A stretch of 64,000 nt of DNA from Ruditapes philippinarum (GCF_026571515.1 NW_026862878.1:62001-126000); one strand, 5' to 3'; positions 24,601 through 38,500 are shown, counted from the stretch's first letter. Made by a program: numbers and translations. The notes: generated from the sequence alone by a model not told the origin.

Positions 24601-27600
24601 TACTTCTAGGTATGATTAAGGATGCCCTAAATAATAGACCAGATCTCAAGGTTGTAATAACATCTGCAACTATCGATCCAGACATCTTTGTTGACTATTT
24701 TGGCGGTTTAGACCTATGCCCTGTTCTTAGGGTGTCGGGTAGAACCTTTCCTGTAGAAGTGTTTTGGGAACAAGATAATGACGTTGACAGTTCGTTTTCA
24801 GACGATTATGAAAAGAAAGCACTTAACAAAGCAATCGAAATTCACCAGAATGAGAAAGAAGGTGACATACTTGTTTTTTTGACTTCAGCTGCTGAAACTG
24901 ATAGGTGTAAAGAAAGGATACTAAGAATGGTCGGAGAAAAAGAAGTTCAGTGCCTGCAGCTTCATGGAAAACTTAAACCAGAAGAACAACAGTTAGTGTT
25001 TGCAAATACACCAAGGGGGAAACGGAAAATTGTCTTTGCTACAAATAGCGCTGAAACATCTATAACAATACCAGGCATCAAGTATGTGGTAGATACTGGT
25101 GTTGTAAAGGAAATGAGATTTGACCCCAAAAAGAACATGAATTCACTTGACGTGGTACAAGTCAGTCAAAGTTCAGCAGACCAACGCAAAGGTCGTGCCG
25201 GAAGAACTTCGTCTGGTGTTTGTTACAGACTGTACACACACAAGATATATAGATCTTTTAAAAAGGCATCAAGCCCCGAAATCTTAAGGATACAAGTGTC
25301 ACAGGCTTTACTTAAATTGATGGAATTAGGTGTGGATCCGATGAGTTTTGATTATGTTCAGTCACCTTCTCCAATGGCGATGAAATCAGCGTTGGGGGAA
25401 CTGGAAGAAATTGGTGCGGTTGACACAAAAGGCATATCTGAACTTGGCCGATGGATTGCTAAATTGCCGGTCGAACCAAGGCTTGGGGCTTTAATTAAGA
25501 AGGGAATGGATATGGATATAACTTTAGAAACGCTTATAGTTGCATCTTGTTGCAACCAGAGTGGAATATTTTTCAGAATGGGAACACCTGAAGAGAAAAA
25601 GGAAGCAGACGCGAAAAAGATGAAGTTTTGTCATCTTGGCGGAGATTTATTGACCATGTTGAATGTTTACAGAGAATGGGATAAAATACAAGAGAAGGCG
25701 AAAGGAAAATGGTGTCAAACAAACAGTATAAATGGGAAAGCAATGAAAGGAGTAAGGGACATGATGAATGAGATGGTCTCTGTTATAAAGAAGGACTTAG
25801 ACTTAAAGATAAAGCATGAGTTTAAAAGCCCGCAAGACTCGGACGCTTGTGTACAAAACCTCATATTTGAATGCATGACATCCAAACTAGCTTATTACCT
25901 TGGACATGAAAGCGCAGGATATCTTATTGTCGATAGGCATCAGAGAGTACAGTTACACCCTTCGTCAGCGATTTTATCGCTTGCTTTTCAACCTGGTTGG
26001 GTTGTTTTCAATAGAGTTCTGAAAACTTCAGCAGATTTCATGACAGAAGTGACACCTTTGTCTGATGACGTAGTCAAAGATGCAATCATAAAAGGCAAGA
26101 TTAACGTTGACATGAAATTATTGGAGAATATGAAAGTTAAGCGTGTTCTTAAAGCTCCTGTTGGCAGGCATGTGTTTTGGAAGTTTGTAGGACCTATGCA
26201 CAAGAACAGGCGTCAGGTTGAAGAAGACATTAGTTTTGCCTGCAACGGATCCTTAATTGTTATAGAAGCTAACAAACAACGTGGTGAAATAAGTTTATTT
26301 AGCACAAATGAGTACGCAAAACGAGCTTCTTCCATGCTTCGCTCAATACTAGACGAAGCACCTCAACAGCTTCTTAACGAGTCACGCGAGGAACCAATTG
26401 GCCATGACAGAAGTTGCATACGTGCCGTTTTACGAGAAGGTGGTTCTGCGGTTGATATTCTTATGTCAGATGATTATCGGGCAGTTAACATAAAGCAGAA
26501 AGACAATGTAATGTTTGACATTAACGAAGAAAGCATCCAAACATTGCTTGAAGATTATGGACCTGTAGAACAGATATGGCAAACAACGGGGAAAAGACAG
26601 CAACAAAGTCCATTTTGGGGAAAGGCGACATTTACACACAAATACGATGCTAAATATGCTGTTGAAGAAATAAATGAAGATGAAAATTGCGAATTTAGAT
26701 TGTTACCAATAATATACGACTCCCAAATATCAGCCCCAAAACAAGGTTACACCATGAAGCTGACATGGTGTAGACGACTGGGAAAGGGACATTGTTTTGT
26801 TTATCTTAATCGGCCGGAGGATATGACGCAAATTTTAACGAATGCACCGATGATAAATGGGACATATGTTCAAGTTATGATTTCAAAACAACAGTCAGAT
26901 TTGTACATAAAAGGATTAGCACGAGATGCGACTGAAGATGAAGTCAGAGATGGACTTGGCAGTGCTCTTGGACTGTCTTCTTACGAATGTAGAAATAGAT
27001 TTCGCATAATTATTCCTCGTCTCAATGTGCCTATTGATAATAATGAAAAGGACCAAATCCAGAATGAACTTGCTTCGATTATTTCAATGTATGCTGATCG
27101 AGACTCATTTCGCGTACACGTTAAGACTTACAAACAGCAGACTGTAACGTGTGTAGCGTTTGTTACTTTTATGAATCCACAGATTTGTTACGACACAGCA
27201 AATGCTATGATAGATGATGATGTAGAAATACGGGAACATTGTATTGATGTTCAGTTAGAATGCAAGACGACGGTGCACGTAAACAAGAAGCTGCATGACT
27301 TCGTTGGACAGGATTTAACTAGTCTAGTAGACAGATACGTTCGCAAAAAATCATCAACAACTTTGAATATTAGACATCTTAAATCTGGCAATTTCTCTGT
27401 GGATATCAATGCGGTTTCACCGCAAAAACTGGCTAAGGCTAAAGTTAAGGTCGAGAATGTTGTCGGAGGGGATACGTTTGAATGCGGGGAAAAAGAAAAC
27501 TTACAGTTCTTTTTCAATAAGAATGGTCGAGATGAAGCACGACGTATAGAAAAACTAACAAGGACCCTCATTTTTGTTGACGAAAGACAAATGAAAATAT

Positions 27601-28571
27601 CTATACAAGGTCTTGTCCGTAACAGACTTCGAGCCATACAAATGATAGAAGATTATTTATCGGTCCATACACATGCTAAAGAAACAGAAGTTTGTCTAAA
27701 AGGGGAAGAAAATCCACCAGGACTTTTGAAAGATTTGATTATTAGATATGGGTTGCGTTTAACAGGACTTAAAGATGAAACTGGCATTTCTAAAGTATCC
27801 TTCAACCTACGGTTTCATGAACTAACTCTTATTGGTAAAGAGGAAAATATAATTAAAGCACAAGAACAGATAAAAAGTGTGAGAGCTGACTTGTCAACAC
27901 GGGGAAATATTAGAATTGAAGACGCAGATTTACCAGATTGTCCTATTTGTTTATGCCCAGTTGAAGAATCTGATATGTGTCGACTTGAATACTGTGGCCA
28001 TGCGTATTGCAAATGTTGTTTGGCTTCAATGATTCAAAACGCCGTATCAGATCGTGAACTTCCTGTTGTCTGTGCAGCAGAGGACTGCAATAAAGCTCTT
28101 GTCATAAGAGATATCAATACGCAAATAAAGATTGGCAATATAAAAAGAAACGCACTTCTTGACTCAGCTGTGGCAGCTTTGGTTATGAAGAAGAGTGAGG
28201 AGTATCACTATTGTATAACTCCAGATTGTGGAATAGTTTATCGAGTGACCAAGATTGGTGAAATGTTCAGCTGTCCTGTTTGTCGGGTCAGGATATGTAC
28301 AGCGTGCCATTTGCCATTCCATGAAGGTATAACATGTGCCATGTACAAGAGTGCTAAACAGAGTGGGGATTCGTTAGTGAAATGGCTGAGAGTTGACCCG
28401 AGTAATCGAAAATTATGCCCGAAATGTGGTTTAGGAATCCAGAAGACAGGAGGCTGTGAGCATATGGAGTGCAAATGTGGTGCTCATATATGTTGGAAAT
28501 GTATGAGGTATTTTAGTAGTAGCGGCTCTTGTTATGGCCATCTGAGCGAAGCCCATAATAGTTTTGTTTAA
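21641..28571 (+). CDS. DEAH-box RNA helicase / RRM-KH / RBR E3 ubiquitin ligase fusion (plant DEAH11/DEAH12-like), paralog B; exons 21641-23135 and 24340-28571; 1908 aa
   Basis: The first in-frame ATG is 21641, after an acceptor ttcatttcag ending at 21590 (same as paralog A). A phase-1 intron (23136-24339; GCAG|gtataa...gttgcag|GTGAC) lies at the identical position. All helicase motifs are intact (GETGSGKST, TQPRKIAA, MTDH, DEAH, SAT, QRKGRAGR). RING1 starts at 27939, followed by IBR and a RING2 with GGCEHM. Collinear with paralog A from the LYVVIG motif to the stop. Confidence 0.93.
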
Positions 28572-29213
28572 ATAATTATACATGTTGTCAAGTCACTTCA
28601 CGTTATGTTAAGTGTTATTTAATCTTGAAGTTTAAACATTAAATATTGTAAAAACTATGTTAAAAATAATATAAAAATAAATGTGATCAAGTTTTAATAT
28701 TCCAACAAATCACTACTTTTCGAAATCGAAAAATATATAGATGTAGCGAAATTGAACGCATCTAATATTTGTATTGATAATCTGCAAGTATTTGTTTGGA
28801 AATTATGTATGAACTGCAAATATGAACTGTTCTGTTTTGTAAAGATTATTCCATGATTAAGAAAATAGTGAAAATATTATATATTGTAATGGAATGATTA
28901 CTTAATCTTTCTTCTTCAGCAGTGTTATAAAAATGTTGAGTAAGCATAAGTTGATTTCAAAAGCAATTTGAGAGTTTTCTTAGTCTATTTCCGATTATAT
29001 TAGAATTCACCAGATCTTTTTAAATCAAAGATGCAGCAACCATGTTTTTATGTATTAGAACGGAAACACATGTGTTTAGGTAAAAATGCATTTTTGTTAC
29101 TGTGAGTCCACATAAGAAACAAAATTATTTCTGCCAAAAATTTTCATCAAAATCAAACTAATATCATCTTATGTTAATCAGTCTTTTTATTAATTGATAT
29201 TTAACATTGCTTT

Positions 29214-30813
29214 TTAGCTCACCTGAGCTTGCTCAGGGTGAGCTTTTAGGATCGGTGAATGTCCGTCGTACGTCGTCCGTCGTACGTCGTACGTCCACAA
29301 TTGCTTCTAGTCAATTGCTTGGATGAGTTCCAACATGGGTCATCTCTGATGAAAAACTAGGTCACACGAGCTAAAAATAGAAAAACCTTGTGAACACTCT
29401 AGAGGTCACATTTTTGACCCAATCATCATCAAACTTGGTCAGGATGCTTATCTAGGTGATAACTCGAATGGGTTCGAACATGGGTCATCTCGGATGAAAA
29501 AGTAGGTCACAGGAGCTATAAATAGAAAAACCTTGTGAACATTCTAGTGGTCCCATTTTGAACCAATCTTCACCAAACTTGGTCAGAATGCTTTTCTAGT
29601 CAATTGCTTGGATGAGTTCGAAAATGGGTCATCTCTGATTAAAAACTAGGTAACAAGAGCTAAAAATAGAAAAACCTTGTAAACACTCTAGAGGTCACAT
29701 TTTTGACTCAATCATCATCAAACTTGGTCAGGATGCTTGTTTAGATAATAGCTCGGATGAGTTCGAATATGGGTCATCTCTGATGAAAAACTAGGTCACC
29801 GGAGCTATAAATAGAAAATTCTTGTTAACACTCTAGCGGTCACATTTTTGCATCAATCATCATCAAACTTGGTCAGGATGCTTATCTAGTTGATAGCTTG
29901 GATGACTTCGAACATGGGTCATCTCGGATGAAAAAGTAGGTCACCGGAGCTAAAAGTAGAAAAACCTTGTTAACACTCTAGCGGTCACATTTTTGCATCA
30001 ATCATCATCAAACTTGATCAAGATGCTTGTCTAGGTGATAGCTCGGATGAGTTCGAACATGGGTCATCTCGGATGAAAAACTAGGTCACAGGAGCTAAAA
30101 ATAGAAAAACCTTGTTAACACTCTAGTGGTCACAATTTTGACTCAATTGTCATCAAACTTGGTCAGGAAACTTGTCTAGGTCATTGCTGGGAATAAATCG
30201 AACATGGGACATCTCGGATGAAAAACTAGGTCACAGGAGCTAAAAATAGAAAAATCTTGTTAACACTCTAGTGGCTACTGTTGTGATCCAAATATTTTGT
30301 TAATTGGCCTGAAAGTTTGTTTTGATGATTTCTAAGTCAAGATCGAACATGGGTCATCTTGGATGAAAAAACTAGGTCACACCGCCCAAATATGGAAAAA
30401 CCTTGTTAACATTCTAGTGTCACATTTTTCGACTCAATTATCATCAAACTTGGTCAGGATGCTTGTCTAGGTAATTGCTTGGATGAGTTCGAAGTCGCAT
30501 GTGAAACTAGGTCACCGGAGCTAAAAATAGAAAAATCTTGTTAACACTCTAGTTGCTACTGTTTTGATCCAAGTATCCTGAAAATTGGTCTGAAAGTTTG
30601 TTTTGATGATTTCTAGGTCAAGTTTGTCAAGTGTCACCTGGGTAAAAAACTAGGTCGCACTGCTCAAATATGGATAATCCTTGTTAACACTGTAGTGGTC
30701 ACATTTTTGACTCACCTGTCATGAGACTTGGTCAGAATGCTTGTCTAGGTAATTGTTTGGATGAGTTTGATAAGTCAGGTGAGCGATCTAGGGCCATCAT
30801 GGCCCTCTTGTTT
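29214..30813 (+). mobile_element. Complete HINE (non-autonomous Helentron) with about 10 x 145-bp internal satellite
   Basis: 5' subTIR AGCTCACCTGAGC plus IR GCTCAGGGTGAGCT; GTCCGTCGTACGTC microsatellite 29261-29296; ATGGG(T/A)CATCT at 29335, 29480, 29624, 29769, 29914, 30059, 30204 and 30349; 3' subTIR CAGGTGAGC 30776; palindrome AGGGCCATCATGGCCCT 30790-30806; T-rich flanks. Confidence 0.9.
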
Positions 30814-31164
30814 ATTTTGCCTTTTATTGGATTGAAATTTACATCTGAAAAACATACCCTCTGGTAATTCTCTAATATTCGGAATAATGTAAATATGTAA
30901 TGATTAAATTACATAGTTTGATTATTTTTGACATTTTATTTAAAAAACTGTAATAGTTTTTGTGTGTATGCTTTTCAATAGAAATGGACTTTATTTTTCT
31001 CTTCAACATTTTTATAACCTTTTCTCCTTTGAGTGAAAAATCAGATATTATTTAAGTTGTGCATTTTCTCGTTGTTTTTTTTGTGTTTTTTATTTGGTTT
31101 GTTTGTTTATTTTTGTTTGTTTGTTGTTTGTTTTTACTTAATAAACACCGGTTTGTTAAGTAAC

Positions 31165-31492
31165 TAGGATTGCAACGATACAGTTTTTAGCGCGGCGACT
31201 TAAAAGGAAATTATTTGTTACCAGTATCAATTTTAAAAACAAATGCTTTGGTAAAATAAAAAGAAAAAAACTCGAGTTGATGTCGTCTGTTATAGATTTA
31301 ACGACATGCAATGGCAATTCATAAAGGTTTTAACACATTAACAAGACTTAAAATAGTCAAATTACGTAAATGCATATTTTGATAAAACAGAGAGAATTAT
31401 TAAAAGAAAAAATCGCGATAAGAGGGTTTTGTACCACGGTATGTTTTGCCTGACGGTATATATCGGTATATCGCCATATCGTTGCACCTTTG
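31165..31492. mobile_element. hAT-type MITE, 8-bp TSD TAAGTAAC
   Basis: TAGGATTGCAACGATA..TATCGTTGCACCTTTG; TAAGTAAC at 31157-64 and 31493-500. Confidence 0.85.
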
Positions 31493-31821
31493 TAAGTAAC
31501 ATGAACCCTGTTTTATGTATATTTTTGTGTGTTATTTGGCTAATTGCTTTATGTCTTTACATAATAATAAACTATTTGCTGTTGTCTTACTTTATGTAGC
31601 TACTTGCTGTCCCATATAATTTTATTAAATATTGCATGGAATGGGGTTGTTATATTTTCAATGGCTAGCTATTCTTTATTAAGAATGGAAGCTTTTAAAC
31701 ATAAAATGTCTTTGGCTATTTGTTTATTACTATTTATCTAAAACTGGAGCTTGTTAACATGAAACATTTCTGCAATTTGTTCTATACATTTTGTTCTAGC
31801 TAAGGCTGTTAAACATGAAAT

Positions 31822-32055
31822 GAGCCGCGTCACGACAAAACCAACATAATGGTTTTGCGACCAGCATGGATCCACACCAGCCTGCGCATCCGCGCAGTCT
31901 GATCAGGACCCATGCTGTTCGCTATCAGTTTCTCTACTTGTTACAGGGTTTGTGAGCGAACAGCATGGATCTGATCAGACTGCGCGGATGCACAGGCTGA
32001 TCTGGATCCATGCTGGTCGCAAACGCATTACGTTTGTTTTGTCGTGATGCGGCTC
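31822..32055. mobile_element. Palindromic Sola-type MITE, GAG..CTC termini, 4-bp TSD AAAT
   Basis: GAGCCGCGTCACGACAAAAC..GTTTTGTCGTGATGCGGCTC; the whole element is an imperfect hairpin; AAAT at 31818-21 and 32056-59. Confidence 0.88.
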
Positions 32056-32259
32056 AAATATTGTTTGCTGTTTGTTCTATATAATTTGTTTGTAATAAAT
32101 TGGGGATCTTGAATATCTTTAATTGTTATATATATTTTGTTTCGTTGTATTAGTTACTGAATGACCTTAAGACATGTGACTGATGTCTGTCTGCATTTAT
32201 GATTGATAAAGTGATCATAAGCAATTTTACTGCTTAACTAGTGTGAACCTTGAATCTTA

Positions 32260-33640
32260 ATTTACTTGTATAGAACTCAAACTTTACTAGCATGTAAACC
32301 TTTAGCTTTACTGGTGTAGAACTACAGTTTTATTGGTATACTCGAGCTTTATCGGTGTACACCTCCAGCTCAACTGTTGTATACCTCTAGCTTTACTGGT
32401 GTAGACATTCTGCTTTACTGGTGTAAACTCTAGCTTTACTGGTGTACACCTCGAGCTTTACAGATGTACACCTCAAGCTTTACCGGTGTAGAACTCCAGC
32501 TTTACCGGTGTAGAACTTCAGCTTTACCGGTGTAGAACTCCAGCTTTACCGGTGTAGAACTCCAGCTTTACCGGTGTAGAACTCTGGCTTTACTGGTGTT
32601 CACCTCAAGCTTTACTGGTGTAGAACTGCAGATTTACCAGTGTATAACTGCAGCTTTACCGGTGTAGAATTTGGCTTTACCGGTGTACACCTCAAGCTTT
32701 ACCGGTGTAGAACTTCAGCTTTACCAGTGTAGAACTGCAGCTTTACCGGTGTACACCTCAAGCTTTACCGGTGTGGAACTGCAGCTTTACCGGTGTAGAA
32801 CTTTGGCTTTACCGGTGTTCACCTCAAGCTTTACCGGTGTAGAACTCCAGCTTTACCAGTGTAGAACTCAAGCTTTACCGGTGTAGAACTCTGGCTTTAC
32901 CGGTGTACACCTCAAGCTTTACCGGTGTAGAACTCCAGCTTTACCGGTGTAGAAGTCCGGCTTTACCGGTGTAGAACTTACTGGTGTTGAGCTCAACTAT
33001 TATTGGTGTAGAACTACTGATGTATAAGGCTAAGGCTTCCTATGTGCAGAACTTCAGCTTTGCTGATATAGAACAACTTTACCTGTCTAGATTTCCACCT
33101 TTACTGGTGTAAAACTCCAGCTTAACTTGTGTGGAACTCCAGCTTTACTGGTATTTAGTCCAATTTTACTGGTGAATAGTTCCAACTTTACATTTCTTGA
33201 CTTCAGACTATTCTGATGAAGACATCAAGCTATACTGGTGTAGAACTCCAACTGTACAGGTGTAGAGCTCCAGCTTCACTGGTGTAGTGGTGTAAAAATC
33301 CTGCTTTTCTCGTGTAAAATTCAGACTTAACCGAATTACAGCTCCAGCTTTATTGGTATAAAATTTAATTTTTACTTGTCTAGACCTCAAGCTTTTATCA
33401 TGAAGAAATCCAGATTAACTTGTGAGGATCTCCAGCTTTTCTGGTGTAGAACCCCGGCTTTACTGGAGTATAGCTTTAGCTTCTTGGTGTTGAACTCCTG
33501 CTTTACCTGTAGTATCTCTGTTATAGAACTCCAGCTTTACTACTTTGAAACTCCGGGAACAATAGTGTAGAATTCAAATTTAATCGTATACTCAAGCTTA
33601 ACTTAACTAGTGAAGAAATAAGGGCTTTACTCGTGTAGAA
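32260..33640. repeat. 22-bp satellite (GCTTTACCGGTGTAGAACTCCA), homogeneous core with degenerate flanks
   Basis: Period 22 (e.g. 32521, 32543); near-perfect from 32470 to 32980. Confidence 0.93.
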
Positions 33641-34110
33641 GGGGTAAATATTTTACAAGTTATTGTTCTTATTACCACTTTACTCTGTAACACGGGCAAA
33701 TTAGATCCATAACTATCATATTAATACTTTATTATGATAGAGTCACTTCAAGATTACTTTTTCGTTCTAAGGGAGACAACTTCGTTTTCGAAACAATATT
33801 TAATTTTTAAGAGTTTTGCCGTAGCAAATTTCAATGTTGAGTATATTAAAGAAATACATATGATGTTACTATTTTTGTTATTTTTATATATAGTTCTTGG
33901 CAAGTAGTGTTTATCAATAAAGTACCATTTCTTTTATGAGAATAACATTTTTGGCAGTTTCCAGAAAAGAATAGTTTAAAGCTTTAAAAAATCACCAATC
34001 TCAATTGACACATCTACAAGTTTTATCTCTGCAACTGCCTTCTAAAAACATTTAATTTATTGCTGTTTAATAAGAACGATTCGTTATTATAAGCAAGATT
34101 ATGACAGGAA

Positions 34111-35543
34111 AAAAGGTCAAAGTTGTATGAAGACTACCGCTGACTACGGCGTTATGAGTTCGGTGGTTAAGGTTATTTTGAATGTAGACTATCGCTGACT
34201 ACAGCGTTATGAGTTTGGTGGTTTAGGTTAAAATTGTATGAAGACTACTGTTGACTACGGCGTTATGAGTTTAATGGTTAAGGTTAACTTTGTATGAAGA
34301 TTACCGCTGACTACGGCGTTATGAGTTTGGTGGTTAAGGTTAATGTTGTATGAAGACTGTCGCTAAATATGGCGTTATGAGTTTGATGGTTGAGGTAAAA
34401 ATTGTATGAAGACTACCGCTGACTACGGCGTTATGAGTTTGGTGGTTATAGTTAAAGTTATATGAAGACTACCACCTTCTTCGGCGTTATGAGTTTGGTG
34501 GTTCAGGTAAAAGTTGTATGAAGACTACCGCTGACTACAGAGTTATGAGTTTGGTGGTTAAGGTTATCATTGTATGAAGACCACCGCTGACAACGGCGTT
34601 ATGAGTTCGGTGGTTTAGCTAAAAGTTGTATGAAGATTACCGCCGACTATGGCGTTAAGAGTCGCTGGTTAAGGTAATTATTGTATGAAGACTACCGCTG
34701 ACTATGGTGTTGAGTTTGCAAGTTGAGGTAAAAGTTGTATGAAGACTACCGCTGACAACAGCGTTTTGAGTTTGGTGGTTAAGGTAAAAGTTGTATGAAG
34801 ACTTCCGCGGACTATGGCGTTGAGTTTGCAGGTTGAGGTTAGAATTGTATAAAGACTACCGCTGACTATGGCGTTATGAGTTCGGTGCTTGAGGTAAAAG
34901 TTGTATGAAGACTACCGCTGACTACAGAGTTATGCGTTTGGTGGTTAAGGTTATTATTGAATGAAGACTACCGCTGACTACCGCGTTATGAGTTTTTGAG
35001 GTAAAAGTTGTATGAAGACTTCCGCGGACTACGGCGTTGTGAGTTCGGTGCTTGAGGTAAAAGTTTTATGAAGACTACCGCTGACAACGGCGTTTTGAGT
35101 TTGGTGGTTAAGGTAAAAGTTGTATGAAGACTACCGCTGACAACGGCGTTTTGAGTTTGGTGCTTGAGGTAAAAGTTGTATGAAGACAACCGCTGACAAC
35201 GGCGTTATGAGTTTGGTGCTTAAGGTAAAAGTTGTATAAAGAATACCGCTGACAACGGCGTTTGAGTTTGGTGCTTGAGATAATAGTTGTATGAAGACTA
35301 CCGTAGACAACGGCGTTATGAGTTCGTTGCTTGAGGTAAAAGTTGTATAAAGAATACCGCTGACAACGGCGTTTTGAGTTTGGTGCTTGAGGTAATAGTT
35401 GTATGAAGACAACCGCTGACAACGGCGTTATGAGTTCGGTGCTTGAGGTAAAAGTTGTATAAAGAATACCGCTGACAACGGCGTTTTGAGTTTGATGCTT
35501 GAGGTAATAGTTGTATAAAGACTTCCGCGGACTACGGCGTTAT
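34111..35543. repeat. 56-bp satellite array, about 25 copies
   Basis: Monomer GTTGTATGAAGACTACCGCTGACTACGGCGTTATGAGTTTGGTGGTTAAGGTAAAA. Confidence 0.95.
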
Positions 35544-38500
35544 GCATTTGTATCGTTTACTGAATTACATACGTCCACTTTTTATTTGGGTGACAGCAGT
35601 AGCAGTATGAGCAGTGATCGTATAAATAGCGGCGTGGTTGTACTTTCTAGTGATGGTGTTAATTGCAATAAAAGTAGTAATGGTAGTAACAAGTTATAGA
35701 AAGTGTAGTAACAGCTGCAATAATGGCGGTACACGTTTTCTTTGCTATTATTTTATTTATTTGCCAGATTACATACAATTCCTATAAATTCTATATAAGT
35801 TTAATGAACCTTTGAAGTGGTATATAGTGAAACTTTGCATTTATATAGATCGTGATACAATATTCTGTAATGTTTATCTGGTTAATCAAAGCGAAACCAA
35901 AGCGAAACAATACTAATGACTTCGGAACTTTTCGTTTGGATCACTATCTTTGCTTTGTTTTATACAAACGTATTTTGGAATTCAGCTGTTGCCAACAACG
36001 CATGGTGACAACATCCTAGAATTGAGAAAAGGTGAATATCAATGCATGCTAATCTATCAGATAATGGACATCATATGATGTGCCTTGTTCGTGCCGTTTT
36101 TTATGATAAATGTTTATGACTAGCAAGAATAGATTTATACATTGTCTGTAAAACCCGGTATACAACATTATAATATATGTTTATGACTGGTTAGAATAGA
36201 TTTACAAATGTATACTTAGTGTGTAATACCGGTATCCAACAAATGTTGTTTACTTAGTCTTGAAATCATTTTTTTTATAAAAACACCAACACTAAGATAT
36301 TTTAAACAACCCAAAAATGCTTCATTTCCTTTTTTATGATCGATAATAGAATATCCTTTTATATAACCACTGTTAATGCATAAAGGATAAGTCTGCTTAC
36401 ATCGTATATATCCAGTAACGAATTAATTTGCAAATAACATAGAAAGTGTGCAAAATTAACGCATATCTTGGATTGTGCAATTCTATAGCGACACCGAGCA
36501 CTACACCAGTGCTTTTTATTGTACATCAATAGAAAGAGATGAGCTAGCGCATACGGTTGCTGAGACAGTATATTTTGAACATCATCAAAAACATTACATG
36601 ACAGTGTTAATTTTTGAACATCATTCGTGAGAATGACGACCTGGCTTAAAATAATTGCATGTTGAATGCGAATAAGAACGTATTGATTACATCATGATGT
36701 ATTTGAGACATTTGCATACCTGCTTGTGTCATATTACACTTATATTACAGATACAGTGTGACTGAGATACAGATGCCATATTTACAAGGCAAAGTCGTGA
36801 ATGATACATCAAAGCAACAGTTGTCACCTCATAAAAAGTACCTGAATCATATTTTATATGTGTCCTATTTTTATATTGTATCATAGTTTGTGGAACCTTT
36901 CTGTTGAAAATGTGTCAGAGTTAAATCGTATACATATACATGCACTGTGCGTTAACTGGAGTGCAGGTATTAGTTACCCGCACTCCAGAGCATGCCCATT
37001 GATTTTTTGCTGGGGTTTACTTATTGTGGCGGCAGGGAAAGAAAAAGCGATAGTAATATCATATTCAGATGCTCGTTGATTTGTTTCTTTTTTTCTGGTG
37101 TTTCATATTGTGACAACTGGGGACGTGTTTTTATGTTTGACTATGATACAAAAGAGAAAGAACATCAAAACACTCGGCAATCTGAATAATACTCGGGGGC
37201 TACGCCCCCTCTTACAAATCAGATAGCATAATGTTTCGATGCTCTTTCTAAAACTTATACCTGTCTAAATGTTCAAGGTATACCGAGTAAGAAATCAAAA
37301 TAAAATCTAAAATGCGTTTTTTACTTATTAATATCGAATGAATACAAAAGGGTAGCCAGGTCATCATTTTAATATGTAGAAATATTCCTGCAAATATTTG
37401 TAATGCTGATTAGGGCATGATGTCATAGCAGCCGTATGGGTTTATTTACTTCACGCCGTTAACTTACCCTGTTACTCGTTTCGGTCATAGTTTTTCGCAG
37501 TTTCGGCGTTACTTTTACGTTAAAGCTACATGCCTCCAGATGAGTCAAACTATTTCAATAAAATCAAACTTGAGAAATATGTACTACGATTTTTGTAAAA
37601 GGAATATGATTCAAGATTCATGTAAAATTTTACATGTTATGCGTGGTAAATGACTAATTTTTCAGTATTTACCACTATGTTTCTATTGTGTATCTAACAC
37701 AGTAGGGGCTATTTATGCATATTTTGGCATTTTTTTTTTTTGTAATTTATGTGGGTTGTAAGTGCCATTGATAATGTGTAAATTGCTTCCTTTTGGTTAT
37801 TTCACAATATTATAAATTCAAATTCATTTTCAAAATTTTCATGAAAATTAGTGTCAATCTAGAGGCATGCTGTTTTAATTGCACATAACAGCGTCAATAC
37901 TTTATATGTTTGTGTTACACTAGGGAATGTAGTATATACACGGTTTATAATTTCAGAAGATACTTTATCTTTGTCCATATACAAAATGTAATAGCAACTG
38001 ATCGAGGCGTATATTCAATTTATAATTTGTTATAAGGATTTTTGGTTCTAATAAAATTCTTAATAAATGAATATGAACAATATATAAATCGCCGATCATG
38101 GCACAAATAAAAAGTTGTAAAAATTGACTTTTCAAGCGTCTTATCAAGATTCTATTTGTTCTCGTCAAACTGAGTTATGTGAGTCTTTTATCATAATGGC
38201 TTAAATTGCTATTGCAGAACTTCAACAAAATATATAAATAATAAATGCATAATCTTAATGTAGAGCTGAACGAATAAACTATTCAAGGACATTTTCATGA
38301 AACGAGGACAGTTTTCATGTTCATATAAATCAAACGATCATTCCGTGTTCTCGTGTAAAAGTACAGTCTGATGCTACATTTTACTGTGAAAAGTGCAAAC
38401 ATTAATGTCTGTCTGGCTTAGATTATAACAAAAGATTTTCCATAATTAAATCGTTGCAAAACAAATGCTTTATGTTCATTCATTCTCGTATCATTCCATC

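Noticed and set aside
32671-35422. Repetitive ORFs (ALPVYTSSFTGVELQL.., SAVVFIQLLPQ..)
   Set aside because: Translations of the 22-bp and 56-bp satellites.
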